64,000 nucleotides of DNA from Candidatus Stammera capleta (GTDB lineage: Bacteria > Pseudomonadota > Gammaproteobacteria > Enterobacterales > Enterobacteriaceae), in the NCBI GenBank assembly GCA_036689265.1, contig CP144777.1:22196-86195 (forward strand), given 5' to 3'. Of the stretch, positions 22,968-33,993 are shown piece after piece; the first letter of the stretch is position 1; each line of letters opens with the position of its first letter. The notes beneath the pieces are model-generated. The model was given only the letters and a program-made list of their open reading frames with translations, searched no databases and was not told the DNA's origin. The translations under genes were made by a program, and so were the position numbers.

Positions 22968-23441
22968 ATGTCTCGTCGTAGTTTAATAATAAAAAGAAAA
23001 ATAATTCCTGATTATATATATAATTCTGAATTAGTTAGTAAATTTATTAATTTATTAATGTTTGATGGTAAAAAATCTATAGCTCAAAAGATTTTTTATT
23101 CTTCTTTAGATAAAATAAGTAATAAATTAAATGAAAATAATAAGTTGTTTTTATTGGAAAAAGCTATAAATAATGTTAAACCTATAGTTGAAGTTAAATC
23201 TCGTAGAGTTGGTGGAACTACTTATCAAATTCCTGTAGAAGTTAGACCTATAAGAGGAAATACATTAGCTATAAGATGGATAATAATAGGTGCTAAAAAG
23301 AGAGGAAATAAAAATATTATATTGTCTTTAGTTAATGAATTTATAGATGCTATAGAAGGAAAAGGTTTTGCTGTAAAAAAACGTGATGATGTACATCGTA
23401 TTGCTGAATCAAATAAAGCTTTTGCTCATTATAGGTGGTAA
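22968..23441 (+). CDS. rpsG: 30S ribosomal protein S7
   Basis: 157-aa [26 protein letters not shown] and [11 protein letters not shown] are S7 signatures. Confidence 0.97.
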   Translation: MSRRSLIIKRKIIPDYIYNSELVSKFINLLMFDGKKSIAQKIFYSSLDKISNKLNENNKLFLLEKAINNVKPIVEVKSRRVGGTTYQIPVEVRPIRGNTLAIRWIIIGAKKRGNKNIILSLVNEFIDAIEGKGFAVKKRDDVHRIAESNKAFAHYRW

Positions 23442-23479
23442 AAATATTTTTAATTTTAAAAAGTATGGGATTTATATAA

Positions 23480-25600
23480 ATGGTTAGGATAACATCTATT
23501 AATTGTTATAGAAATATTGGTATTAGTGCTCATATTGATGCTGGAAAAACCACTCTTACAGAACGAATTTTATATTATACTGGTGTTAATTATAAATTGG
23601 GAGAGGTGCATTATGGAACAGCAACAATGGATTGGATGGAACAAGAACAAGAAAGAGGTATAACTATAACTTCTGCTTCTACGACAGCATTTTGGTCAGG
23701 AATGTTTAATCAATTCGATCCTTATCGTATTAATATTATTGATACTCCAGGTCATGTTGATTTTACTATTGAAGTTGAACGATCTATGAGAGTACTTGAT
23801 GGTGCAATAATGGTTTATTGTGCTGTTGGAGGAGTTCAATCACAATCTGAAACTGTATGGAGACAAGTCAATAAATATGGTATACCTCGTATTGCTTTTA
23901 TAAATAAAATGGATCGTGTTGGTGCTGATTTTTTTGGAGTTATGAATCAAATAAATAAATGTTTTAATATTAAGGTTTTTCCTATACAAATACCTATTGG
24001 TTCAGAAAAATCATTTATTGGTTTAATAGATTTAGTTGATATGAAATCTATATATTGGGAAAAAAATGATGATGGATTAATTTTTAAAGTAAATAATGAT
24101 ATACCTAGTGAATATTATAATTTAGCATATTCTTGGAATCAAAAATTGATAGAATTAGTTGCTGATTATTCTGATGAATTAATGTTTAAATATATTAATG
24201 GTGAAAATATAACAACCAATGATATTAGATTTGTTTTAAGAGCTAAAGTTTTAAAAAATGAAATTTTGTTAGTTACATGTGGTTCTGCTTTTAAAAATAA
24301 AGGAATTCAATTGTTATTAGATTCAATAATTTATTTTTTACCATCACCTGATGATTTAAAAAAAATTAAAGGATTAAATTTTAAAAATAAATTTATTTAT
24401 CGTTCATTGAAAGATAAAGAATATTTTTCAGCATTAGCGTTTAAAGTTTTAAATGATCCTTTTGTTGGAAATTTAACATTTTTGAGGGTTTATTCTGGTT
24501 GTATTAAATCAGGTGATATTGTATTGAATTCTACTAAAAATCATAAAGAACGTATTGGACGTATAGTTCAAATGCATGCTAATAAGAGAGAAGAGATTAA
24601 AGAAGTTTTTTCTGGTGATATAGCAGCAGCTATAGGTTTAAAGAATGTTGTGACAGGTGATACTTTATCTTCAATAGATAATCCTATAATTTTAGAAAAA
24701 ATAGATATACCTAATCCTGTAATATCTATTGCTTTAGAACCTAAAACTAAAGATGATCAGGATAAACTAAGTATAGCTATTTCTAGACTTTTAAAAGAAG
24801 ATCCTTCGTTTAAAAGTTTTTTTGATCAAGAATCTAATCAAACTATAATTTCTGGAATGGGAGAATTACATTTAGATATTATAGTTGATAGGATGAGAAG
24901 AGAATTTAATGTAAATTCTAATGTAGGAAAACCTGAAGTTGCTTATAGAGAAACAATTGGTTGTAGTGTAGAAAATATTGAAGGAAAATATATTAGGCAA
25001 ACTGGAGGTAGAGGTCAATATGGTCATGTTGTTATAAATATTTATCCATTACTTTCAAATGAATTTTTGTTGGCAAAAAATGGTTTTTTATTTGTTAATG
25101 CTATAAAAGGAGGTGTTATACCTAATGAATATATACCGGCTGTAAATAAAGGTATATGTGAACAATTAAAATGTGGTCCATTAGCTGGATATCCAGTTTT
25201 AAATATAAAAGTTAAGTTAGTTTATGGTTCTTATCATGATGTTGATTCTTCTGAAATAGCATTTAAAATGGCGGCATCTATAGCTTTTAAAAAAGCTTTT
25301 TTAAAAGCCAAGCCTTTATTGTTAGAACCTGTAATGAAAGTTCAAATAGAAACTCCGGAATATTATATTGGCGATATAATAGGTGATATTAACAAACGTA
25401 GAGGAATAATAAACGAAATAAAAGATATTAATTTAGGTAAATTAGTTAAAGTTATAATTCCTTTATCTGAAATGTTTGGTTATGCTACTGATTTAAGATC
25501 TCAAACTAAAGGTAGAGCTATATATTCTATGGAGTTTTATAAATATTTTAAAACACCAGAATATGTTTGTAAAAATATATTAGAGTTACGTGGTAAATAA
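23480..25600 (+). CDS. fusA: elongation factor G
   Basis: 706-aa [67 protein letters not shown]. Full-length colinear with EF-G. Confidence 0.98.
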   Translation: MVRITSINCYRNIGISAHIDAGKTTLTERILYYTGVNYKLGEVHYGTATMDWMEQEQERGITITSASTTAFWSGMFNQFDPYRINIIDTPGHVDFTIEVERSMRVLDGAIMVYCAVGGVQSQSETVWRQVNKYGIPRIAFINKMDRVGADFFGVMNQINKCFNIKVFPIQIPIGSEKSFIGLIDLVDMKSIYWEKNDDGLIFKVNNDIPSEYYNLAYSWNQKLIELVADYSDELMFKYINGENITTNDIRFVLRAKVLKNEILLVTCGSAFKNKGIQLLLDSIIYFLPSPDDLKKIKGLNFKNKFIYRSLKDKEYFSALAFKVLNDPFVGNLTFLRVYSGCIKSGDIVLNSTKNHKERIGRIVQMHANKREEIKEVFSGDIAAAIGLKNVVTGDTLSSIDNPIILEKIDIPNPVISIALEPKTKDDQDKLSIAISRLLKEDPSFKSFFDQESNQTIISGMGELHLDIIVDRMRREFNVNSNVGKPEVAYRETIGCSVENIEGKYIRQTGGRGQYGHVVINIYPLLSNEFLLAKNGFLFVNAIKGGVIPNEYIPAVNKGICEQLKCGPLAGYPVLNIKVKLVYGSYHDVDSSEIAFKMAASIAFKKAFLKAKPLLLEPVMKVQIETPEYYIGDIIGDINKRRGIINEIKDINLGKLVKVIIPLSEMFGYATDLRSQTKGRAIYSMEFYKYFKTPEYVCKNILELRGK

Positions 25601-25632
25601 TTTTTTTTAATTTTTTTAAAGGTTATTAAATA

Positions 25633-26817
25633 ATGTCAAAAGTAAAGTTTAATCGTAATAAGGTTCATGTAAATGTTGGAACTATAGGTCATGTTGATCA
25701 TGGTAAAACTACTTTGACCTCTGCTATTACTACTGTTTTATCAAAAAAATATGGTGGTGAAGCTCGCTCTTTTGATCAAATAGATAATGCTCCTGAGGAA
25801 AAAGAAAGAGGAATTACTATAAATACATCTCATGTTGAATATGATACTAAAATAAGACATTATGCTCATGTTGATTGTCCTGGTCATGCAGATTATATTA
25901 AAAATATGATAACAGGTGCTGCTCAAATGGATGGGGCTATATTAGTTGTTTCTGCTGTTGATGGTCCTATGCCGCAAACTAGAGAGCATATTTTATTAGC
26001 ACGTCAAGTGGGTGTTCCTTATATTATAGTATTTTTAAATAAGTGTGATATGGTTGATGATGAAGAATTGTTAGAATTAGTAGAAATGGAAGTAAGAGAT
26101 ATATTATCTCAATATGATTTTCCAGGAAATGATACACCTATTGTTAGAGGTTCTGCTTTAAAAGCACTAGATGGTGTAGGAGTTTGGGAGGAAAAAATTG
26201 TTGAATTATCTAGTTTTTTAGATAGTTATATACCAAACCCTAAGAGATCTTTAGATTTACCTTTTTTATTACCAATAGAGGATGTGTTTTCTATTTCTGG
26301 TCGTGGAACAGTGGTTACAGGAAGAATAGATAGAGGTGTAATTAAAATTAACGAAGAAGTTGAAATTATTGGAATACATGATACTGTTAAGACTACATGT
26401 ACTGGTATAGAAATGTTTCGTAAATTGTTAGATGAAGGAAGAGCAGGTGAAAATGTTGGTATTTTATTAAGAGGAATTAAAAGGGAAAATATTGAAAGAG
26501 GTCAGGTTTTAGCAAAACCTGGATCTATAAATCCACATACTGTTTTTAGTTCTGAAGTTTATATTTTGTCTAAAGAAGAAGGTGGTAGACATACACCTTT
26601 TTTTAATGGTTATAGACCTCAATTTTATTTTAGAACAACTGATGTTACAGGCGATATAAAATTACCAAAAGATATAGAAATGGTTATGCCTGGTGATAAT
26701 ATTAAAATGGTTGTAAGTTTATCAAATCCTATAGCTATGGATAGTGGTTTGCGTTTTGCTATTAGAGAAGGAGGCAAGACTGTTGGGGCAGGAATAGTAA
26801 CTGAGATTTTAAAATAA
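25633..26817 (+). CDS. tuf: elongation factor Tu
   Basis: 394-aa [63 protein letters not shown]. Very high identity to E. coli EF-Tu and visibly higher GC than its neighbours. Confidence 0.99.
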   Translation: MSKVKFNRNKVHVNVGTIGHVDHGKTTLTSAITTVLSKKYGGEARSFDQIDNAPEEKERGITINTSHVEYDTKIRHYAHVDCPGHADYIKNMITGAAQMDGAILVVSAVDGPMPQTREHILLARQVGVPYIIVFLNKCDMVDDEELLELVEMEVRDILSQYDFPGNDTPIVRGSALKALDGVGVWEEKIVELSSFLDSYIPNPKRSLDLPFLLPIEDVFSISGRGTVVTGRIDRGVIKINEEVEIIGIHDTVKTTCTGIEMFRKLLDEGRAGENVGILLRGIKRENIERGQVLAKPGSINPHTVFSSEVYILSKEEGGRHTPFFNGYRPQFYFRTTDVTGDIKLPKDIEMVMPGDNIKMVVSLSNPIAMDSGLRFAIREGGKTVGAGIVTEILK

Positions 26818-26900
26818 AATTATAAATTTGTAATTAAAATTAAAATATTTTTTATAGTTAAGAATTTTTGTATTTTTATTTATAAAAATATAAGGCATTT

Positions 26901-27212
26901 ATGGAAAAGCAAAGAATTCGTATAAAATTAAAAGCTTTTGATCATCGTTTAATAGATTTATCAACATGTGAAATTGTTGGAACTGCTAAAAAAACAGGAG
27001 CTCAAGTTTATGGACCAATTCCTTTACCTACTTCAATAGAACGTTTTACTATATTAACTTCACCTCATGTTGATAAAGATGCTAGAGATCAATATGAAAT
27101 TAGAATTCATAAACGTTTAATTGATATAATAGATCCAACAGATAAAACTGTTGATTCTTTAATGAAATTAGATTTAGCTGCTGGTGTTGATGTTCAAATT
27201 AGTTTAAGTTAA
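26901..27212 (+). CDS. rpsJ: 30S ribosomal protein S10
   Basis: 103-aa [19 protein letters not shown] and [23 protein letters not shown] match S10. First gene of the S10 operon. Confidence 0.97.
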   Translation: MEKQRIRIKLKAFDHRLIDLSTCEIVGTAKKTGAQVYGPIPLPTSIERFTILTSPHVDKDARDQYEIRIHKRLIDIIDPTDKTVDSLMKLDLAAGVDVQISLS

Positions 27213-27232
27213 ATAGTTTATTTGAGAATAAA

Positions 27233-27862
27233 ATGATTACTTTGATAGGTAAAAAAATTGGTATGACTCAAATTTTTAACGATCGTAATTTATTTGTTCC
27301 AATTACTGTTGTGGAAATTTTAAAAAATGTTATTACTTGTATAAAAAATAAAAAAAGAGATGGATATTGTTCTGTTCAGTTAACTACTGGTTTTAAAAAA
27401 AAATTAAGTAAATCGGAATTGTTTTATTTTTCTAATTTAAATATTGTTCCTGGAGTTGGTTTATGGGAAGTAAAATATAATAAAAATATACATTTTAAAG
27501 TTGGTCAAATTATTGATATTAGTTTATTTGATAATACAAAACAGGTTGATGTTATTGGTATATCAAAAGGTAAAGGTTTTTGTGGAACTATAAAAAGGTG
27601 GAATTTTAAGTCACAAGATAAATCTCATGGAAATTCTCTTTCACATAGAGCTCCTGGATCTATAGGTCAAAATCAGACTCCTGGTAGAGTTTTTAAAGGA
27701 AAGAAAATGTCTGGTCATATGGGAAATGATAGAGTTACAATTCAAAAGTTAAATATTGTTAATATAAATAAAAAAAATAATTGTTTATTATTAAAAGGTT
27801 CTGTTCCTGGTTATAACAATAGTTATTTAATTGTAAGATCATCTATTAAAAATAGTAAATAA
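27233..27862 (+). CDS. rplC: 50S ribosomal protein L3
   Basis: 209-aa ORF. LIGKKIGMTQIF, KGKGFCGTIKRWNF and HRAPGSIGQNQTPGRVFKGKKMSGHMG are L3 signatures. Confidence 0.96.
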   Translation: MITLIGKKIGMTQIFNDRNLFVPITVVEILKNVITCIKNKKRDGYCSVQLTTGFKKKLSKSELFYFSNLNIVPGVGLWEVKYNKNIHFKVGQIIDISLFDNTKQVDVIGISKGKGFCGTIKRWNFKSQDKSHGNSLSHRAPGSIGQNQTPGRVFKGKKMSGHMGNDRVTIQKLNIVNINKKNNCLLLKGSVPGYNNSYLIVRSSIKNSK

Positions 27863-27890
27863 TAATTATAATATATAGTGTTTATGTTTT

Positions 27891-28499
27891 ATGGAAATTT
27901 TATTGAAAGATATTGATAATGTTATTAATTTATCTGATGAAGTTTTTAATGTAAAATTAAATGTTAATTTAGTTCATCAAGTGGTTAAATCATATTTTGT
28001 AAATAAGAGAAAATGTTGTTCTATTCAAAAATCTAGATCTTTAGTTTCAGGATCTAATAAAAAACCTTGGAAACAAAAGGGCACAGGAAAAGCACGATCT
28101 GGTTCATATAAAAGTCCTTTATGGCGTTCTGGAGGAGTTACTTTTGCTTCTAAGTATGTTGATTATTATTCTAAAATTAATAAAAAAGTTTTTAATAAAG
28201 CTTTAAAAGGGGTTTTATCTCAGTTGATAAAAACATCTAGAATACATATTTTTAGCGAATTTTATATTGAAAAACCTAAAACTAAATTACTTGTTAATAA
28301 ATTAAATTCATTTAATATATTAGAATCTTTAATAATTGTTAGTAAAATAGATCGTTGTTTATTTTTGTCATCTAGGAATTTATATAAGGTTTGTGTTTGT
28401 AGTGTTAACAATATTAAGTTAGTTAATTTGATAAATTATAAAAATACTATTTTTACTTTAGATTCTATAAAAATTATTGAAGGTAGATTATTAAAATGA
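27891..28499 (+). CDS. rplD: 50S ribosomal protein L4
   Basis: 202-aa ORF. KPWKQKGTGKARSGSYKSPLWRSGGVTF matches the L4 core. Its stop overlaps the rplW ATG (ATGA). Confidence 0.95.
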   Translation: MEILLKDIDNVINLSDEVFNVKLNVNLVHQVVKSYFVNKRKCCSIQKSRSLVSGSNKKPWKQKGTGKARSGSYKSPLWRSGGVTFASKYVDYYSKINKKVFNKALKGVLSQLIKTSRIHIFSEFYIEKPKTKLLVNKLNSFNILESLIIVSKIDRCLFLSSRNLYKVCVCSVNNIKLVNLINYKNTIFTLDSIKIIEGRLLK

Positions 28500-28798
28500 T
28501 TAATAAAACTGGTTATTTAAATATTTTATATAAACCTTATTTTTCGGGAAAAGTGTCATTTATAAATTTTAAAAATAATGTTGTAGTATTTATTGTTAAT
28601 AGATATGTAAATAAATTACAAATATCTTGTTTTTTTAAAAATGTATTTAAAGTTAAAGTTTTAAAAGTTAGAACTTTATTATTTAAATGTAGAGTTTTTA
28701 ATAAAAAAAAAAAATTAACCCGTGTTAATATTATAAAAAAAGCTTATATTATTTTAAAAAAAGATCATAATTTTGATTTTAGTCGTTATTTAGAATAA
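28496..28798 (+). CDS. rplW: 50S ribosomal protein L23
   Basis: 100-aa ORF in the conserved slot between rplD and rplB. Diverged, but the length and the VVFIV...KVRTL pattern fit L23. Confidence 0.85.
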   Translation: MINKTGYLNILYKPYFSGKVSFINFKNNVVVFIVNRYVNKLQISCFFKNVFKVKVLKVRTLLFKCRVFNKKKKLTRVNIIKKAYIILKKDHNFDFSRYLE

Positions 28799-28816
28799 AA
28801 TTATACAGGAAACGAT

Positions 28817-29635
28817 ATGGTTGTTGTTAAATGTAAACCTACTTCTTCTGGAAGAAGACATAAATTTAAAATAGTTAATTGTAAATTATTTAAAGGTAAA
28901 CCATATAATTCTTTAATTAGAAAAAAGAAAAGAACTGGTGGACGAAATAATTTAGGACGTATAACGGTTAGACATATTGGTGGAGGACATAAAAAAAAGT
29001 ATCGTATTTTGGATTTCAAAAGAAATAAAGATAATATATCTGCTATAGTTAAGACTATAGAATATGATCCTAATCGATCATCTTATATTGTATTATTATT
29101 GTATAAAGATGGTGAAAGGAGATATATTATTTATCCAAAAAATTTAAATATAGGTGATAAAGTTGAATCTGGCAACAATGTAAATATAAAAATTGGTAAT
29201 TGTTTACCTGTATATAATATACCTGTTGGATATTTGGTTCATAATATAGAATTATTTCCTGGAAAAGGTGGTCAATTATCTAGATCAGCTGGTTCATATT
29301 CACAAATTTTTTCCAAAGAAAAGAAATTTGTAGTAATAAAATTACGTTCTGGTGAAATGCGTAAAATTAATTCTAATTGTAGAGCAACATTAGGTGAAGT
29401 TGGTAATTCTGAATATATGTTGAAACGTTTAGGTAAAGCTGGTTGTTCTCGTTGGTTAGGTATTAGGCCTACTGTTAGGGGAACTGCAATGAATCCTGTT
29501 GATCATCCTCATGGTGGTGGAGAAGGACGAAATTTTGGAAAACATCCTGTTACTCCTTGGGGTTTTCAAACTAAAGGAAAAAAAACTCGTAAAAATAAAC
29601 GTACAAGTAAGTTTATTATAAAAAACAAAAAATAA
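28817..29635 (+). CDS. rplB: 50S ribosomal protein L2
   Basis: 272-aa [35 protein letters not shown] and [13 protein letters not shown] are L2 signatures. Confidence 0.98.
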   Translation: MVVVKCKPTSSGRRHKFKIVNCKLFKGKPYNSLIRKKKRTGGRNNLGRITVRHIGGGHKKKYRILDFKRNKDNISAIVKTIEYDPNRSSYIVLLLYKDGERRYIIYPKNLNIGDKVESGNNVNIKIGNCLPVYNIPVGYLVHNIELFPGKGGQLSRSAGSYSQIFSKEKKFVVIKLRSGEMRKINSNCRATLGEVGNSEYMLKRLGKAGCSRWLGIRPTVRGTAMNPVDHPHGGGEGRNFGKHPVTPWGFQTKGKKTRKNKRTSKFIIKNKK

Positions 29636-29656
29636 AAAGATAAGGTGATTTATTAT

Positions 29657-29959
29657 ATGTCTCGTTCTTTAAAAAAAGGACCTTTTGTAGATATTCATTT
29701 GTTAAAAAAAGTAGAAAAGATGGTTGCAAATAAAGATAAAAAAGTTTTACGTACTTGGTCTAGACGTTCTACAATTTTACCAAATATGTTAGGTTTAACT
29801 ATATCGGTACATAATGGTAGATATCATATTCCTGTATATATTACTGAAGAAATGATTGGTCATAAACTAGGAGAGTTTTCTCCTACTAGAACTTATAAGG
29901 GACATGTTTCTTCTGAAAAAAAACTAAAAAAAGTTACTAAAGAAAAAGAAAAAACATAA
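29657..29959 (+). CDS. rpsS: 30S ribosomal protein S19
   Basis: The ORF track opens at GTG 29645. ATG 29657 gives [12 protein letters not shown], the canonical S19 start, 9 nt after an aaggtg [34 protein letters not shown] is conserved. Has a short Lys-rich C-terminal extension. Confidence 0.95.
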   Translation: MSRSLKKGPFVDIHLLKKVEKMVANKDKKVLRTWSRRSTILPNMLGLTISVHNGRYHIPVYITEEMIGHKLGEFSPTRTYKGHVSSEKKLKKVTKEKEKT

Positions 29960-29981
29960 TATTGTTAATTATGGAGTTATT

Positions 29982-30317
29982 ATGGAAGTTTATGCAAAAC
30001 ATTGTTATGCTAGATCATCTGCTCAAAAATTACGTTTAGTTGCTAATTTAATAAGAGGTAAAAAAGCTTCTTTAGCTGTAAATATTTTAATATTTACAAG
30101 AAAAAAAGCGGCTTTTTTAATTAAAAAGGTATTAATTTCAGCAATTTCTAATGCTAAACATAATAATGGCATTGATATTAATGATTTAATAATTTCCAAA
30201 GTATATATTGATGGTGCTTCTTCAATAAAAAGAATAATGCCTAGAGCTAAAGGTAAAACTGATCGTATTTTAAAACGTACTAGTCATATTACTATTTTTG
30301 TTTCAAACAATAAATAA
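29982..30317 (+). CDS. rplV: 50S ribosomal protein L22
   Basis: 111-aa [21 protein letters not shown] and [21 protein letters not shown] match L22. Confidence 0.96.
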   Translation: MEVYAKHCYARSSAQKLRLVANLIRGKKASLAVNILIFTRKKAAFLIKKVLISAISNAKHNNGIDINDLIISKVYIDGASSIKRIMPRAKGKTDRILKRTSHITIFVSNNK

Positions 30318-30349
30318 TTTGTAGTAAAATTTAAAGGTGATAATTATAA

Positions 30350-31126
30350 ATGGGTCAAAAGGTAAATCCTAATGTTATTCGTTTAGGTATAGTAAAATTG
30401 TGGAATTCTGTTTGGTTTACTAATAGTAAAAATTTTTCAAATTATTTGAAAAATGATTTTGAGGTAAGAAAATTTTTGTATAAAAAATTAGTTAATGCTT
30501 CTGTTTCTAAAATTATTATTGAAAGACCTACTAAAAGTATAAAAATAATTATATATACATCTAGACCTGGTGTTATTATAGGTAAAAAAGGTGAAGATAT
30601 AGAGAAATTAAGGAAAATAATTGCTAAAATAACTGGTGTTCCTTCTCAAATAAATATATTTGAAATACGTAAACCTGAAATAGATGCTATTCTGGTAGCT
30701 AAGAATGTTTCTTTACAGTTAGAAAAACGTATTATGTTTAGAAGAGTTATGAAAAGATCTATATCTAATGCTATTCGATTTGGTGCTAAAGGTATAAAAA
30801 TAAAAGTTAAAGGAAGATTAGGTGGTGCAGAAATAGCTAGAACAGAATGGTATAAAGAAGGTAGAGTTCCTTTACATACTTTAAGGGCAGATATTGATTA
30901 TGGAACTTCTAATGCTTATACTAATTATGGTGTTATAGGTGTTAAAGTTTGGATATTTAAAGGTGAAATATTAGATAATTTATATTCAGATAAATTTATT
31001 GATAAAAATATTATTTTGGATAAAAAACATTTTTTAAGAAAGAAATTTCAAAAGAAATATTATTTAAGGAATAAAAATGTTACAGCCAAAACAAACAAAG
31101 TATCGAAAAGTTCAAAAAGGACGTAA
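30350..31126 (+). CDS. rpsC: 30S ribosomal protein S3 (extended C-terminal tail)
   Basis: 258-aa [60 protein letters not shown]. About 25 aa longer than E. coli S3. The last 50 nt overlap rplP. Confidence 0.95.
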   Translation: MGQKVNPNVIRLGIVKLWNSVWFTNSKNFSNYLKNDFEVRKFLYKKLVNASVSKIIIERPTKSIKIIIYTSRPGVIIGKKGEDIEKLRKIIAKITGVPSQINIFEIRKPEIDAILVAKNVSLQLEKRIMFRRVMKRSISNAIRFGAKGIKIKVKGRLGGAEIARTEWYKEGRVPLHTLRADIDYGTSNAYTNYGVIGVKVWIFKGEILDNLYSDKFIDKNIILDKKHFLRKKFQKKYYLRNKNVTAKTNKVSKSSKRT

Positions 31127-31481
31127 TAGAGGTTATGCAAGAAATAGTAATATTGTTTTTGGTGTTTATGGTTTAAAAGCTATTACTAGAGGTCATATTT
31201 CTTCTAAGCAAATTGAGTCTGCTAGACGTGTAATTACAAGAACGGTTAAGCATTATGGTTTTATTTGGATAAGGATTTTCCCAGATAAACCAATTACAAG
31301 AAAACCGTTAGAGGTTAGAATGGGGAAAGGCAAAGGAAATGTTGAATATTGGGTAGCTGTTATTAAACCTGGAAAAATATTATATGAAATAAAAGGTGTT
31401 ACTGAAAATATTGCAAGAAAAACTTTCAAGCTAGCTGGGGATAAATTATCTGTTAAAACTATTTTTGTTAAAAAAGATTAA
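31077..31481 (+). CDS. rplP: 50S ribosomal protein L16
   Basis: 134-aa [22 protein letters not shown] and [24 protein letters not shown] match L16. An SD-like aagga lies 6 nt upstream. Confidence 0.97.
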   Translation: MLQPKQTKYRKVQKGRNRGYARNSNIVFGVYGLKAITRGHISSKQIESARRVITRTVKHYGFIWIRIFPDKPITRKPLEVRMGKGKGNVEYWVAVIKPGKILYEIKGVTENIARKTFKLAGDKLSVKTIFVKKD

Positions 31482-31483
31482 TT

Positions 31484-31681
31484 ATGAAAAATATTAATTT
31501 ATTAAGAAAACAAAATATTGGTGAGTTAAATATTATTTTGTTTTCTTTAGAAGAAAAATATTTTAATTTGCGTATGAAATTTTCTTTAAATAAATTTAAA
31601 AAAACTCACATTATTAAAGAATGTAGAAGAAATATTGCTTTAATAAAAACAATAATATATGAAAAAAAAAAAAAATCATAA
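31484..31681 (+). CDS. rpmC: 50S ribosomal protein L29
   Basis: 65-aa ORF in the conserved slot between rplP and rpsQ. L..EL......L..E.FNLRM pattern typical of L29. Confidence 0.88.
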   Translation: MKNINLLRKQNIGELNIILFSLEEKYFNLRMKFSLNKFKKTHIIKECRRNIALIKTIIYEKKKKS

Positions 31682-31928
31682 AATAAAAAAAAGTAAGGTG
31701 TCATTAAAAGGATATGTTATAAAAAATAAAATGAATAAAACTGTTATTGTATCTATCTTGCGTTTGGTTAAACATAAAATTTATGGTAAATTTGTAAAAA
31801 AAACTGTAAAACTTTATGTTCATGATGAATATAATGAATGTAAATTAAATGATTTTATTTTAATAAAACAGTGTCGTCCTTTATCTAAAAATAAATCTTG
31901 GATTTTTCATAAATTGTTATCTAAATAG
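31659..31928 (+). CDS. rpsQ: 30S ribosomal protein S17
   Basis: 89-aa [69 protein letters not shown] is colinear with E. coli S17. The only ATG lies 23 nt inside rpmC. Confidence 0.93.
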   Translation: MKKKKNHKIKKSKVSLKGYVIKNKMNKTVIVSILRLVKHKIYGKFVKKTVKLYVHDEYNECKLNDFILIKQCRPLSKNKSWIFHKLLSK

Positions 31929-31949
31929 TTTTTTATATAGGGTTTGAAT

Positions 31950-32321
31950 ATGATTCAAGAGCGATCTTTATTATTAGTTGCTGATAATACTGGAGCTAAA
32001 TTAGTTATGTGTATTAAAGTTTTGGGTGGAACAAATCGTAGATATGCTTATGTAGGTGATATTATTAAAATTACTGTAAAAGAAGTTCAACCTAAAAGTA
32101 AGGTTAAAAAAGGTGATGTTTTAAAAGCCGTTATAGTTCGCACTAAGTATGTTATTAATAGATCTGATGGATCTTTGTTGAGATTTGATAATAATGCCTG
32201 TGTTTTATTAAACGATGTAACGGAACAACCTGTAGGAACAAGAATTTTTGGTCCTGTTACTAGAGAATTACGTTCTGAAAAATTTATGAAAATATTGTCT
32301 TTAGCTCCTGAAGTTTTATAA
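31950..32321 (+). CDS. rplN: 50S ribosomal protein L14
   Basis: The ORF track opens at TTG 31944. ATG 31950 gives [17 protein letters not shown] (E. coli MIQEQTMLNVADNSGAR). First gene of the spc operon. Confidence 0.97.
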   Translation: MIQERSLLLVADNTGAKLVMCIKVLGGTNRRYAYVGDIIKITVKEVQPKSKVKKGDVLKAVIVRTKYVINRSDGSLLRFDNNACVLLNDVTEQPVGTRIFGPVTRELRSEKFMKILSLAPEVL

Positions 32322-32341
32322 AAATATTATTGTGGTGTTTT

Positions 32342-32659
32342 ATGTCTTTGAAATTTCGTGTTAATGATGAAATAATTGTTATTTCAGGAAAAAATAAAGG
32401 TAAAAAAGGTATAATTAGTAAAATATTTGTAAAACTTAATAAGGTTATTATAAATAAAGTTAATTTAGTTCATAAACATCAAAAACCTATTCCAAATGTT
32501 AATGGTTCTGGAGGAATTATTTTAAAAGAGTCTTTAATAGATATTTCTAATATTAGTCATTTTTGTAAATGTAAATTATTAAAGTTATCCAAAGTTGGAT
32601 TTAAATATATTAATAAAAAAAAGAAACGTTTTTTAAAAAAAGGTAATTTGATAATATAA
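32342..32659 (+). CDS. rplX: 50S ribosomal protein L24
   Basis: The ORF track opens at TTG 32330. ATG 32342 gives MSLKFRVNDEIIVISGKNKGKKG (E. coli [23 protein letters not shown]). Confidence 0.93.
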   Translation: MSLKFRVNDEIIVISGKNKGKKGIISKIFVKLNKVIINKVNLVHKHQKPIPNVNGSGGIILKESLIDISNISHFCKCKLLKLSKVGFKYINKKKKRFLKKGNLII

Positions 32660-32661
32660 TT

Positions 32662-33201
32662 ATGGGTGTTTTATTAGATTTATATAAAAATATTGTTGTT
32701 TATAAAATGTTTAAGGAATTTAAATATAATTCTATTATGGAAGCTCCTAAGTTAATTAAAATTGTTATTAATGTTGGAATAGGTACAGCTAACTTTGATA
32801 AAAAGAAATTAAATACAGTAATAGAAAACATTAGTTTAATATCTGGTCAAAAACCTATAATTACTTATTCTAGGAAGTCTATTTCTAATTTCAAGATAAG
32901 ACGTGGTTTTCCTGTTGGATGTAAAGTTACTTTAAGGAAAAAATTAATGTGGGGTTTTTTAGAAAAGTTTATTTTTATATCTATTCCTAGAATAAGAGAT
33001 TTTAGAGGTTTTAGTAAAAAATCTTTTGATAAACAAGGAAATTTAAATATAGGTATTAAAGAACAAACTATTTTCCCAGAAATAGACTATGAGAAGTCCG
33101 GTTTTCTACATGGTTTAGATATTTCTATAAATATTTTATCTAATTGTGTACATGAATCTTTTTTTTTATTGTCTTGTTTTTCTTTTCCTTTTTGTAAATA
33201 A
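32662..33201 (+). CDS. rplE: 50S ribosomal protein L5
   Basis: 179-aa [54 protein letters not shown] and a C-terminal FSFPF match L5. Confidence 0.96.
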   Translation: MGVLLDLYKNIVVYKMFKEFKYNSIMEAPKLIKIVINVGIGTANFDKKKLNTVIENISLISGQKPIITYSRKSISNFKIRRGFPVGCKVTLRKKLMWGFLEKFIFISIPRIRDFRGFSKKSFDKQGNLNIGIKEQTIFPEIDYEKSGFLHGLDISINILSNCVHESFFLLSCFSFPFCK

Positions 33202-33235
33202 AATAATTATTAAAATTTTGATTGTTATATATATT

Positions 33236-33541
33236 ATGACTAAAAAATCTATTATAGCTAGAGAAAAAAAAAGATTAATTTTAATAAAAAAATATTTTTC
33301 TATTAGGTTAAAATTAAAAAAAATAATATCTAGTAATAAGTATTCTGATAAAGAAAAATGGTTGGCTAACGTTAAGTTGCAGAATTTACCTAGAAATTCT
33401 AGTATTTGTCGTCATCGTAACAGATGTATTCAAACTGGTAGATCTAGAGGTTATTTACGTAAATTTGGTTTAAGTAGAATAAAATTTCGTGAATTAGCTG
33501 TTAAGGGTGATATACCTGGTTTAAGAAAATCAAGTTGGTAA
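33236..33541 (+). CDS. rpsN: 30S ribosomal protein S14
   Basis: The ORF track opens at 33146 inside rplE. ATG 33236 gives [13 protein letters not shown] (E. coli MAKQSMKAREVKR). [40 protein letters not shown] is the S14 C-terminus. 101 aa. Confidence 0.95.
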   Translation: MTKKSIIAREKKRLILIKKYFSIRLKLKKIISSNKYSDKEKWLANVKLQNLPRNSSICRHRNRCIQTGRSRGYLRKFGLSRIKFRELAVKGDIPGLRKSSW

Positions 33542-33569
33542 ATATTTTTATGAGGTTTTAATTATATTT

Positions 33570-33965
33570 ATGAGTATGCAAGATCCTATATCAGATATGT
33601 TGATTAGTATAAAAAATTATCAATTATCAGGTAAATTGTTTTTATGTATTGGTTATTCTAGATTTAAAGAATCTATTTTAAAAATATTTAAAAATGAAGG
33701 TTTTATAATAAATTATAAGATAGTTTTAAAAGATATTAAGAAAAAAATTATAATTAATTTAAAATATTTTTCTGGATCTCCTGTTATTTCAAATATTATA
33801 AGGGTAAGTAAACCTAGTTTACGGGTATATAAATCTTATAAATTTATACCTGTTATAATGTCTGGATTAGGTGTTGTTGTATTATCTACTTCGAAAGGAG
33901 TTTTGTCAGATAAAGAAGCACGTTGTTTACGTGTTGGTGGTGAAATAATTTGTTATATATTTTAA
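33570..33965 (+). CDS. rpsH: 30S ribosomal protein S8
   Basis: 131-aa ORF. MSMQDPISDMLISIKN is almost identical to E. coli MSMQDPIADMLTRIRN. STSKGVLSDKEARCLRVGGEIICYIF is conserved. Confidence 0.97.
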   Translation: MSMQDPISDMLISIKNYQLSGKLFLCIGYSRFKESILKIFKNEGFIINYKIVLKDIKKKIIINLKYFSGSPVISNIIRVSKPSLRVYKSYKFIPVIMSGLGVVVLSTSKGVLSDKEARCLRVGGEIICYIF

Positions 33966-33993
33966 AAAATAGTATTTAGGAGATTTATTTTAA

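Noticed and set aside
28703-28715. An apparent extra A in the rplW poly(A) run by my manual block count. If real, it would frameshift L23.
   Set aside because: The computed ORF track shows a single uninterrupted 100-aa ORF (28496..28798) whose frame is consistent on both sides of the run. My by-eye homopolymer count must be off by one here. This is why the frameshift claims for lipA and mrdA rest on track frames rather than on tract counts.
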